Shown here one piece after another: positions 44,464 through 55,070 of a stretch of 64,000 nucleotides of DNA (positions within the stretch are counted from its first letter, which is position 1; every line of letters begins with the position of its first letter). Position numbers and translations under genes: made by a program. The notes under the pieces were generated by a model. It had not been told where the DNA came from. It worked only from the letters and a program-made list of their open reading frames with translations, and ran no database searches. The DNA is taken from assembly GCA_963698765.1 (NCBI GenBank), contig CAVOSB010000029.1:142860-206859 (forward strand), written 5' to 3'. The stretch comes from an uncultured Chloroflexia bacterium (GTDB lineage Bacteria > Chloroflexota > Anaerolineae > Anaerolineales > UBA4823).

Positions 44464-47400
44464 ATGTTACCGATATCCAATACTGCTAACAAGACTGCCA
44501 ATAATTCTATTCAGTCACACCCTGCCGCCGCCATGGTGATCGGCGGGGGTATCGGGGGTATGCGTGCCGCTTTGGACCTCGCCGACGCGGGATTAAAAGT
44601 CTACCTGATCGAACACACTCCCTGCCTGGGTGGGCGAGTCGCCCAGCTGGGCTTTATGTTTCCCCAACACGACTGCGTGCTGTGCCGTGGAACGTCAGAT
44701 CATGGCTACGGTTGTACCCGGCCTTCGATCTCCCCCGTTTACATCCAGCATAATCAGCATCCCAATATTGAGATTTTGACTCAAACTCACCTGATTGGCG
44801 TGGAAGGACAGGCTGGAGATTTTTCGGTATCACTCCGGCAGGAACCGCGTTATGTGGATGCCTACCAATGCATCAACTGCGGCTACTGCAGCCAGGTTTG
44901 CCCGGTCGAGCTGCCCGATAAATACCAGCAAGGCATTACCTCTCGCAAAGCAGCTTACAAAGTCTCCGCTCGGGCTGTACCCGATGCTTACGTGATCGAC
45001 CGCGGCCCGTACTGTGAGAATTGCGGCAAGTGTGTCGAGGTATGCCCGACGCACGCCATCGATTTAAGCGCTCAACCGCGGCTTTTGACAGTGGAAGTTG
45101 GGGCCATCATCCTGGCTCTGGGATTTCAGATTTATGATCCGAGCCAGCTCGGTGAGCTTGGTTTTGGACGCTACCCCAATGTGGTCAGCGCCATGCAGTA
45201 TGAGCGCCTGGCAAGCCGCTCTGGTCCAACAGAAGGTATTGTGCTCAGGCCATCCGACAGGCAGAAACCGCGCTCGATCGCCTGGCTGCAGTGTATCGGT
45301 TCGCGTGATCAGGAAAACGCCTACTGCTCCTCGATCTGCTGTATGTATGGGACGAAAGAAGCTATCCTTGCGAAACAACGCCTGGGTAAAGATGTGGAAT
45401 GCCGCGTTTTTATGATGGATGAGAGGGCGTTCAATAAAGAATACAGCACCTATTTTGCCCGGGCACGCGAGAAGCATAATATCCGCTATAACCGCTGCCG
45501 GGTCTCATCCATCCGAGAAGACTCTGCACAGCCGCAACCTGATCCTGCACTATCAGGATGAGGCTGGCAATCCGGTTGAAGAAAGCTTCGATATGGTGGT
45601 CCTGGCTATCGGGGTGCGGCCTCCTGAAACTGCCGGCGAGCTCGCTAAAATGCTGGGGATACAGCTCAACGAATATGGCTTTTGCAACACCGAAAAATTC
45701 TCGCCGCTTCAGACTACCCGCCCGGGAGTATTTGTTTGCGGTGCTTTCTCCTCGCCAAAAGAAATAGTCGAAACGATCATCGACGCCAGCGGCGCTGCCG
45801 CCGAGGTCATGCGCCTCCTGAATGATCGCCTGAATACCTATCCATATACTCGGGAGTATCCGTTCCAGACCAAAGGTGCTTTGCCCGCCGAGCGAAATGT
45901 GTCGGATGAATCAGCGTGGGTGGGTGTTTTTGTTTGCACCTGCAGCGGGACACTCACGAACGACAATGCCCATCAGCCAGGCATCCTGGATGTCCATGAA
46001 ATACTCCACCTGGCGGCTGAGACCCCCGGAGTGACGCACACCCGCATCCTCGAGACAGCCTGCTTCCAGGAAGATCTCGCTACAATCCAGCGTGACATCC
46101 GCGAACAGGATCTGAACCGGGTTGTCATCGCAGCCTGCAGCAACCGCACGCATGATTCGCTCTTTCAACGCACCATCCGGCAGGCTGGGCTGAATCCTTA
46201 CCTGGTTGAGCTGGTAAACCTGCGTGAGCAGTGCAGTCGTGTTCACTACTGGCAGCGCGAGCTCGCCAATCGCAAAGCCCAGGAGTTAGTGCGCGTTGCC
46301 ATCGGGCGAGCTGGAGCTTCTCAGCCAGTCTATAAGAAGAAATTCCGCTGCTACCCGGCCGCCCTGGTGATAGGCGGAGGGGTATCGGGCATGACTGCCG
46401 CCCTGGCCATCGCCGATTCCGGCTATGAAGTTCACCTGGTTGAACGCACCGAGATGCTGGGCGGCAACCTCTCGAAACTGCATTATGTGGCAGAAGGTTA
46501 CAACCCGCAAATCTTGCTCCGTGATCTTGTAAACCGGGTGCGTGCTCACCAGCGGGTCATTGTACATACGCGCTCGGATGTCCTGCGTCATACAGGGCAT
46601 GTCGGTCGTTTTCGCACAGAGCTTATCACTCGCAATATGGATGGCTCTACTTCACGAACGCAGTTCGAACATGGCGTGACGATTGTAGCCACTGGAGGTC
46701 GGGAAGCACACGAGCACCCCTGGCTTTCTCTACCCCAGGTGATCACGCAGCACGAGCTGGAAGAGACGTATCATTCACCAGCCTGAACAGATCATCGGGC
46801 TGAAAAATGTCGTCATGATCCAGTGTGTGCGTCCTGAAGGTGTGCCGGATTACTGCTCGCGGGTGTGTTGCACGAACACCATGAAAAACGCCATCCGCAT
46901 CAAGCTCTTCAATCCGAAGTGCACTGTCACCGTGCTGTACCGCAATATCGTGACCTACGGTTTCCGCGAAGAGTATTACACCGAAGCCAGGCGCCGCGGC
47001 ATCATCTTTGCCCGATACACCGATGAAAACCCACCCACGCTTTCACTCAAGCCCGACAGCAAAGGTGTGGATGTCCTGGTCAGGGATCTCAGCCTGAACC
47101 GCGACATCAGCCTGCAGGCGGACCTGGTCACTTTAAGCATGAGCATCCTCCCAGCTGAAGGCAGTCAGGAGACCGCAGACATGCTGCGTCTGCCGCTCTC
47201 CAGCGAAGGTTTCTTCGCTGAGGCACAGCTGAAATTACGCCCGATGGACTTCATGCGTGAAGGCATCTTCCTGGCAGGCATGGCGCACTACCCCAAGTTC
47301 CTGGAGGAGAGTATCAGCCAGGCGTTAGCAGCAGCCTCCAGAGCGCTGACACTGTTGTCCTCACAGGAAGCTCTTTACCTGGGAGGGGTTGTCGCCCAGG

Positions 47401-47684
47401 TCGACCCGGATAAGTGTGTGGGTTGCCTGACCTGCACCCGTACCTGCCCATTTGAGATACCACGAGTGGTCGAAGAAAAAGGCCGGTCCGGTGTCGGCGA
47501 TCTGGGTGGAGCTGCTTTCATCGACCCGGCTCAATGCCAGGGCTGCGGGACGTGCACCGGTGAATGTCCGGCGAACGCCATCCAGCTGATCAATTACACT
47601 GACGAGCAAATTATGTTACGCAGTATTGGTGGGCTTGGTCAATGGTTGCCCGCCGTTTCACAGATTTCCGGCAGACAACTTTAA
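44464..47684 (+). CDS. hdrA: Heterodisulfide reductase subunit A-like flavo-FeS protein, copy 1 (indels near 45530, 46770)
   Basis: VIGGGIGG, CINCGYCSQVCP, QCIGSR..YCSSICC, second VIGGGVSG, LRPMDF, CVGCLTCTRTCP, CQGCGTCTGECP. Confidence 0.9.
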
Positions 47685-47705
47685 AGGATGAGGCACAGAT
47701 AAGTA

Positions 47706-48212
47706 ATGACCAACCAACCATGCACGGAAAAATTCGAGCCTGAAATCACGGCCTTTTATTGTGTCTATTGCGGCTATATGGCAGCCGATTCTGCTGGGAT
47801 GACTCATATCCAGTATCCCGCCAACGTGAAGTTCGTCCGCCTGCCCTGCACCGGGAAAACGGACATTCGTTATATCCTGGAAGCTTTTGAACAGGGGGCG
47901 GACGGCGTTTACCAGATCGCCTGCCCGATCGGCAACTGCCACCATGTGCGCGGCAATGAGCGCGGTCTGGCTCGTGTGCAGCGTGCCAAGAAAATCCTGG
48001 ATGAAATCGGCCTGGGCGGGGAGCGCCTGGAAATGTACTTTTTATCGGGCGGTCAGGGACAAACTTTTTCAATGGCTGCACATACCATGACCGAGCGCAT
48101 CCGGAAAATCGGCCCTAATCCGTTAAAGAATAAGCAAACAGCCTTTCCAGGCCGCTCCGCAAAAAATGAGCCTGAGGATGAAGACAACGGTTTCCGTGGG
48201 CGTCGCAAATAA
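47706..48212 (+). CDS. mvhD: MvhD/FlpD [2Fe-2S] subunit, Cys-type
   Basis: FYCVYCGYMAAD, RLPCTGK, GADGV..IACPIGNCHH, IGPNP. Confidence 0.9.
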   Translation: MTNQPCTEKFEPEITAFYCVYCGYMAADSAGMTHIQYPANVKFVRLPCTGKTDIRYILEAFEQGADGVYQIACPIGNCHHVRGNERGLARVQRAKKILDEIGLGGERLEMYFLSGGQGQTFSMAAHTMTERIRKIGPNPLKNKQTAFPGRSAKNEPEDEDNGFRGRRK

Positions 48213-48236
48213 TTAATCATGCACAGTTGATCATTA

Positions 48237-51200
48237 ATGAATTCCATGGAGAAAATGAGATCGATGAGTGAAGCCAGCCCAAAGAAGAACTCCAAACAAC
48301 CTGTTGGCGCAGTAATGGTCGTCGGCGGTGGTATTGCTGGAATGCAGGCCTCTCTCGACCTGGCGGACCAGGGATTTAAAGTCTTTCTGGTTGAAACTCA
48401 GTCAGCCATCGGCGGAAAAATGGCACAGCTGGACAAGACCTTTCCAACCAACGACTGCGCCATGTGTACAATCTCGCCAAAGCTGGTAGAGACAGGCCGG
48501 CACACCAATATCGAAGTGCTGACCAATGCGGAAATCACACAGCTGAAAGGCACTGCCGGAAATTTCAGCGTCCAGGTACGTCATAAACCGCGCTACATCG
48601 ATACTACGAAGTGTGTGGCTTGTGGTGATTGTACTCAGGTCTGCCCGGTTATTGTCCCGGATCGCTATAACGAAGGGCTGATCAAGCGCCGGGCAGTCTT
48701 CAAGCTCTATCCGCAGGCTGTGCCGAATGCCTTTGCAATCGATAAGCGCGGCATCGCCGCCTGCCGCGACGCCTGCCCGGCTGGTCAGCGCGCCCAGGGA
48801 TATATCGCCCTGATTCGGGAAGGTCGCTGGCATGACGCCTTGCGCGTCATCAAAATGGACAACCCCTTTCCTGGTATCTGCGGGCGCATCTGCAACCACC
48901 GCTGTGAGACGGCCTGCAACCGCGGCCTGGTCGATGAGCCGATCAACATCCGCGCCTTGAAACGCTTCGTCACCGATAAAGTCTACGCAGAACAGCGCCA
49001 GGAGGTTGAGCCTGTCGAGCCAAAGTACGCCAAAAAGGTCGCAGTCATCGGCGCGGGACCTTGCGGGCTTACTGCGGCCCAGGACCTGGTCCGGACCGGC
49101 TACCGGGTGACGGTTTTTGAAGCCATGCCCGTAGCCGGAGGCATGCTGCGCCTGGGTGTGCCGGAATACCGCCTCCCAACTGAGATCATCCAGCGAGAAG
49201 TGCAGGATATCATCGATCAGGGTGTGGATTTACGCCTCAACCATCGCGTTGACAACCTGGATGACCTGTTCAACCAGGGCTACGATGCCGTCTTGATCTC
49301 CGTCGGTGCCCACGAAGGTGTGCGGCTGCGTATCCCGGGTGCGGACCTGGAGGGTGTCCTTGTTAACACTCATTTTCTAAGGGATGTGCGCTTGGGCAAA
49401 TATAACAGCGGGAATGCCAGCGATGCTCCACCGCTTGGAAAGCGCATCCTGGTCCTCGGTGGAGGAAATGTGGCCATCGACTGTGCCCGCAGCGCAGTCC
49501 GGCTGGGCTGCGAAGTGCACATGGCCTGCCTGGAAAGCAAAGAATCAATGCCGTCTCACGCCTGGGAGGTCGAAGCTGCTGAGGCGGAAGGCGTGATTAT
49601 CCATGCCGACCGCACCTTCGAGCAGATCATAGCCGATTCCAGCGGGCATGTTGCGGGCGTGGAATGCATGCGCGTTGCTTCTTTCAATTTTGACGAAACC
49701 GGTAGGCTGAATGTCGAAAAGGTACCGGCTTCACGACACGTGATTTCCTGCGATACGGTTATCTTCTCCGTTGGGCAGCGCGCTGGCTTGGCGTTCATCC
49801 CTGACGATGCCGGGGTCGGTGTCACCCAGCGCCAGACGATCGCTATCAATCCCAACACTCTTGCAGCCACCCGCCCGGGTGTTTTCGCTGCAGGTGACAG
49901 CGTTTCGGGAACTTCCTTCGTAATTGAAGCTGTGGAAAGCGGTCACCGTGCAGCCCAATCCATAGTCCGTTATTTATGCGATGAACCGCTGGAACCGCCT
50001 GCCCGTCCGGAGCTGCCGGTGGTGCACCTGAGCCGCCAGGAAATCGACGAACAGATTGCTGCCGGTGAGATCGTTCTCCAACCTCGTGTGTCTATGCCTG
50101 AGCTGGCCGTTGGGCAGCGCATCAACAATTTTTCCGAAGTGGAGGGGGGATACGACGATGAAAGCGCCCAGGCTGAAGCTGCTCGCTGCCTGGCGTGCGG
50201 CGTGTGCTCGGAGTGTATGAGCTGCACGTTCGCCTGCGGCAGGGATGCCATCAACCACGACGATGTCGAAAGTGTCTCCAGTTATTCCGTGGGTGCATTG
50301 ATCCTGGCGCCCGGATATCAGATCTACAACGCCCACCTGTCGCAGGAATATGGACTGGGCAGGTACCCGAATGTGGTCACTGCACTTCAATACGAACGTA
50401 TGTTGTCTGCCAGCGGCCCGACCAAAGGGCACGTACGTCGTCCATCGGACGATGCGAAACCCAGGCGCATTGCCTTCCTGCAGTGCGTCGGCAGCCGCGA
50501 CCAGAATCACGACTACTGCTCCTCGGTATGCTGCATGTATGCCGCTAAAGAAGCCATCATGACCATCGAGCACGCACGCGCCGAGGCGCGCGATCACAAC
50601 GGCGATGGCAATGTGTTTTGCCAGGTATTTTTCATGGATACACGCGCCTTCAGCAAGGGCTACGAGGAGTACTACCGCCGTGCAGAGCGCAAGTACGACG
50701 TGAAATATACTCGCTGCCGGCTGAGTGATGTGCGCGAAGATCCAGATACACACAACTTGCACGTGCGCTACGCTGCTCCATATGAAGGTGAGGATGCGGT
50801 TGTCCAGGCTGAATTCGACCTGGTAGTGCTTTCGGTCGGCATGGAAATTTCCGAGCCCGTCAAAGAGCTTGGCCGGCGTCTGGGAATCCAGCTCGATCCC
50901 TACGGCTTTTGCCATACCACTCTGTTCAATCCCATGGAAACCAGCAAGGCAGGTATCTATGTGGCCGGTCCTTTCCGGGAACCCAAAGACATCCCCGAAA
51001 CGGTGATTGAAGGCAGCGCCGCTGCTTCCTGTGCGGCCCAGCTGCTGGCGCCTTCCCGCTTCAGCTTGGCTTCCAAAGAAGAATATCCCCCCGAGCGTGA
51101 CATCTCCACCGAAGCTCCGCGCGTGGGTGTATTCGTCTGCCACTGCGGCAGCAACATCGGCGGGTACCTTGATGTCCCGTCAGTTGCAGGCTATGCGCGC

Positions 51201-52872
51201 AGCTTGCCGGGTGTCGCCCACGCTGAAGATAACCTGTACACTTGTTCGCAGGACACCATTGCTCATATCATCGAACAGGTCAAAATACTGGACCTGAACC
51301 GCGTCGTCGTGGCTTCATGCACCCCTCTGACACATGAGCCGCTCTTCCAGGACGCCATTCGGCACGCTGGATTGAATCCGCACATGTTTGAGATGGCGAA
51401 CATCCGCAACCAGTGTTCCTGGGTGCATTCTGACAGCTGGGAATCTGCCACCTCCAAAGCCAAGCTGCTGACCAGGATGGCGGTCGCCCGCGCCAGTCAA
51501 TTGGAGCCGCTCAAAGTCTCCGAAGTCCCGGTTAATAACGCGGCCTTGATCATCGGAGGAGGAGCTGCAGGGATGACTGCTGCCCTGGTCCTGGCTAACC
51601 AGGGTTTCCCGGTTCACTTGGTTGAGCGTGAAGCAAAACTGGGCGGGAATCTACGTCGCCTGCACTACTTTGTTCCCGAGGTTGGGGCAAAGCAAGCTGG
51701 CTGGACACCCGCTGAGTACCTGGCCGAGACGGTATACCAGGTCAAACAGCATCCCAGGATCACGGTCTATTCGAGCTCCGAGGTAGTTAAAACTGGTGGT
51801 TTCAAGGGGAATTTCACCACAACTGTGAAATCCGAAGGCCAATCATTCCAGGTGCAGCACGGTGCGATCATCGTCGCGACCGGAGGAGTAGAATACAAAG
51901 GACATGAGTATGGATACGGAAATGATCCCCGCATCCTGACCCAGCTCGATTTCGAAGAAATGCTCGCGAAATCCTGAATCAGAGATCAAGAAACAGAAAT
52001 CTCTGGTCATGATCCAGTGTGTTGGTCCTGCCGAGAGGTTTTGCAGTCGGATCTGCTGCACCACCGCGCTTAAGAATGCTCTAAAATTCAAGGAGCTGAA
52101 TCCGGAAGGGCAGGTGACAATCCTGTACCGTGACATCCGCACCTACGGATTTAAAGAGCGGCTGTATACCGAAGCCCGCCGGCAGGGAGTGCGTTTCGTT
52201 CATTTTCAATTTGACCGAAAACCGGATGTCAGGGTCCTTGATCCCTCCTCCCCAATACGGGTCACAATCCGGGATGCCATCCTGGAGAGAGAGATTCTCT
52301 TGAATGCGGATCTCCTGGTGCTCAGCACACCGATCGTGCCGCCCCCGGGTATGCGAGAGCTTGCCAGCCGCTTGAAACTCTCCACGGATATGGACGGCTT
52401 TTTCCTGGAAGCGCACGTCAAGCTTCGACCGGTGGACTTTGCCGCGGACGGTGTGTTTATGGCTGGCCTGGCGCACTATCCCAAGTTCCTGGATGAAACC
52501 ATCGCTCAGGCTCAAGCAGCCGCCTCGCGTGCTGCCAGCATCCTGACACAAAAGACCATGCTGACTAACGCCCGGGTCGCGGTCGTCGACCCGGTTAAGT
52601 GCGTGGGTTGCCTGACCTGTGTACGGATTTGCCCCTATGAAGTGCCGCAAGTAAGCGCCAGGGCGATAGGGGTCGGAGATATCAGCGGGGCTGCTTTTAT
52701 TGAGCCGGCTACCTGCCATGGCTGCGGTAGCTGCGTTTCTGAGTGCCCCGCGCGTGCCATCCAGCTGATGCACTATACCGATGCACAAATGCTGACCAAG
52801 ATCGATGCCATGTTCGAGTTCTCCCCAATATATTCGAACTTCATCCCTGTTGAGAAACTTGAGGTTCTATGA
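48237..52872 (+). CDS. hdrA: HdrA with inserted GltD/NfnB-like pyridine-nucleotide domain (HdrL-type), copy 2 (indel near 51970)
   Basis: LDKTFPTNDCAMC, CRDACPAG, NPFPGICGRIC, IGAGPCG, GGGNVAIDCAR, EAARCLAC, QCVGSR, CHCGSNIG, NIRNQCSWVH. Confidence 0.92.
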
Positions 52873-53363
52873 TGCTCGAAGAAAATTTCGATCCCGATAT
52901 CGTCGCCTTTTGCTGTCATTACTGTGCTTACGCTGCAGCCGACCTGGCTGGCTCCATGCGGCTGGAATATCCTACGTCAATTAAAGTCATCGAGCTGCCC
53001 TGCACTGGCAAGCTGGATGTGCTCTACGTTCTGAGGGCTTTTGAGGATGGCGCCGATGGCGTGATGGTCGCAGGCTGACTGGAAGGCGACTGCCATTACC
53101 TGGAAGGTAATCTCAACGCCCGCAGAAGAGTGGAATACGTTCGTAAGTTGTTGGAACAAATCGGCCTGGAAGGCCGCCGCGTTCAGATGATCAATGTATC
53201 TGCAGCCATGGGTGGACAGTTCGCCTGGTCGGCGGCAGAGCTGACCGAAGAAATCAGGCGTATGGGTCCAAACCCTTTACGCAACTCAAACGGTAAACCG
53301 AAAGGAGAAGATCAGCCTCAAGAAACACTCACTGAACCTCGCGAGAATGGGGTCCTACCATAG
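52869..53363 (+). CDS. mvhD: MvhD/FlpD selenoprotein (in-frame UGA at 53076-53078 read as Sec)
   Basis: ORFs 52869..53078 and 53130..53363 are in frame; GADGVMVAG-U-LEGDCHY places UGA at the conserved Cys; SECIS-like hairpin follows. Confidence 0.9.
53085..53120 (+). promoter_or_regulatory. Bacterial SECIS-like element
   Basis: GGCG...ATTACC-TGGAA-GGTAAT...CGCC; upper stem starts 17 nt after the UGA. Confidence 0.75.
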
Positions 53364-53413
53364 AATCCTTTTGACCTCGAGGGAATGATCGGATTTGCAT
53401 AGAGGAGAAACGC

Positions 53414-53815
53414 ATGAGTGAGCAACAACCTTACATCCTGGTGGTCGATGATGATCCTGATATCCTGGATGGCATCCTCATGATCCTTGAATCCCAGCCA
53501 TACCGCCTGGGCTTCGCCCGCGACGGGAAGCAGTGCATGGAAAGCGTTGCGAAAGAAGTCCCCAACTTGCTTATCCTGGACCTGTTGATGCCTCGCATGG
53601 ATGGGTGGGGGGTAATCCGAGAAATGCGCAGCGATCCGCGCTATTCTCAAGTGCCGATCATGGTTTTGACCACCGTGATCGAAGATGCCAGCCGCCGGCG
53701 TTACGAATTGGAGACCGGCATGGCCATGGAAGTGCAGGACTACCTGCAGAAACCTGCTAAGCCGCTTGACCTGTTAAAGCGGGTAGAAAAGTTGCTGACT
53801 AAAGTCCATGTCTGA
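53414..53815 (+). CDS. Single-domain response regulator (receiver only)
   Basis: ILVVDDD, LILDLLMPRMDG, VLT, YLQKP. Confidence 0.92.
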   Translation: MSEQQPYILVVDDDPDILDGILMILESQPYRLGFARDGKQCMESVAKEVPNLLILDLLMPRMDGWGVIREMRSDPRYSQVPIMVLTTVIEDASRRRYELETGMAMEVQDYLQKPAKPLDLLKRVEKLLTKVHV

Positions 53816-55001
53816 TGTCACCATCCAGCCACTGACTATCTTTGCAGAACGCTTGAGGCGCGCCGAAGTGTTCAGCGACCTGGGTGATGCCGACCTGGTT
53901 GCGATCGCCGAATTCTGCCGCGAAGAAAATCACCGCGAGGACGATGTCATCCTGGTGGAAGACGAACCTGCACACACACTCTATATCGTGGAACGCGGTA
54001 AGCTGGCACTGGAAAAGAAGATTCAACTCGGCAGGCATTCAACAACGCGCAACGCGACCATCGGCTACGTTGGACCAGGAAAGATCGCCGGTTTTTCAAC
54101 CCTGGCCTGGCCGCAGACATACTCCACCTCTGTAATTTGCGTCGAACCTTCACGACTGATTGCCATCGATGGCCTGGCTCTGCGAGCATATCTGGACGCA
54201 CACCCCAGGGCGGGATTGCTGGTGATGAACCACCTGGCAACGCTCATTTCCGACCGCTACCGGCAGTCTATCAACACCCTCACCTACTTCCTGTCCATCG
54301 TCTCCCACGAGCTGCGCTCGCCTCTGGCAGCCATCGAAAACTACCTGCAAACACTGGATGGCGGTTATGCCGGTGACCTGACTGAAAAGCAAAAACGCAT
54401 GATCCAGCGCAGCATCCTGCGTGTCGCCGACCTGCGTATCTTGATCGGCGATGTGGTCGACCTGGCTCGCATGCGCCCCGAGCAGATCCAATCAGATTTC
54501 GAATGGTTCGATCCAGGAGAGGTCAGCGCAGAGTCTCTCGAAGACACGCGCTTGTCAGCAGCTGAGAAAGAAATTCACATCAAAATCGAGCTGCCTGCCC
54601 GCTTTGAGCCGATCGTCGGGGCGCGCCGCCGCATGCGGCAGGTGATCACCAACCTGATCAATAACGCCATGAAATTCGCACCCACCGGCAGCCAGGTTGT
54701 TTTTGGAATGAGGTACGACCCCGAAGCGCTCATCATCGAAGTCATCGACGAAGGACCGGGAATCCCAATTGACGACCTGCCCCATATTTTCACGGATTTC
54801 TTCCGCGCCAGTAATGTGGCCGACACGGTCGGACTGGGTTTAGGCTTATCGATCGCAAAGAAGATCGTCGATGCCCACGAAGGCGACATCCTGGTGAAAA
54901 ACCTGACAGACGAAAACAACAACGTGACCGGAACGGCCTTTACAGTCATCATCCCGCACGACCTTAAAACACCTGAAATGCGCAGGCGTGAATGGACATA
55001 A
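53808..55001 (+). CDS. Cytoplasmic histidine kinase with N-terminal cNMP-binding domain
   Basis: VFSDL...LYIVERGKL...GPGKIAG (cNMP fold); SHELRSPL, NLINNAMKF, DEGPGI, GLGLGLSI. Confidence 0.9.
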   Translation: MSDVTIQPLTIFAERLRRAEVFSDLGDADLVAIAEFCREENHREDDVILVEDEPAHTLYIVERGKLALEKKIQLGRHSTTRNATIGYVGPGKIAGFSTLAWPQTYSTSVICVEPSRLIAIDGLALRAYLDAHPRAGLLVMNHLATLISDRYRQSINTLTYFLSIVSHELRSPLAAIENYLQTLDGGYAGDLTEKQKRMIQRSILRVADLRILIGDVVDLARMRPEQIQSDFEWFDPGEVSAESLEDTRLSAAEKEIHIKIELPARFEPIVGARRRMRQVITNLINNAMKFAPTGSQVVFGMRYDPEALIIEVIDEGPGIPIDDLPHIFTDFFRASNVADTVGLGLGLSIAKKIVDAHEGDILVKNLTDENNNVTGTAFTVIIPHDLKTPEMRRREWT

Positions 55002-55070
55002 ATGGCTGCTGTCAAATTTCGAAGAGAAAATACTCTCGGCGATAAATGAGATGAAACCAGAAAGGAACAT

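Noticed and set aside
46784-46786. TGA in hdrA copy 1 as selenocysteine
   Set aside because: Not at a Cys position, and the protein continues in a different frame (indel).
51975-51977. TGA in hdrA copy 2 as selenocysteine
   Set aside because: The downstream MIQCVG segment is in another frame and the position is not a conserved Cys; indel.
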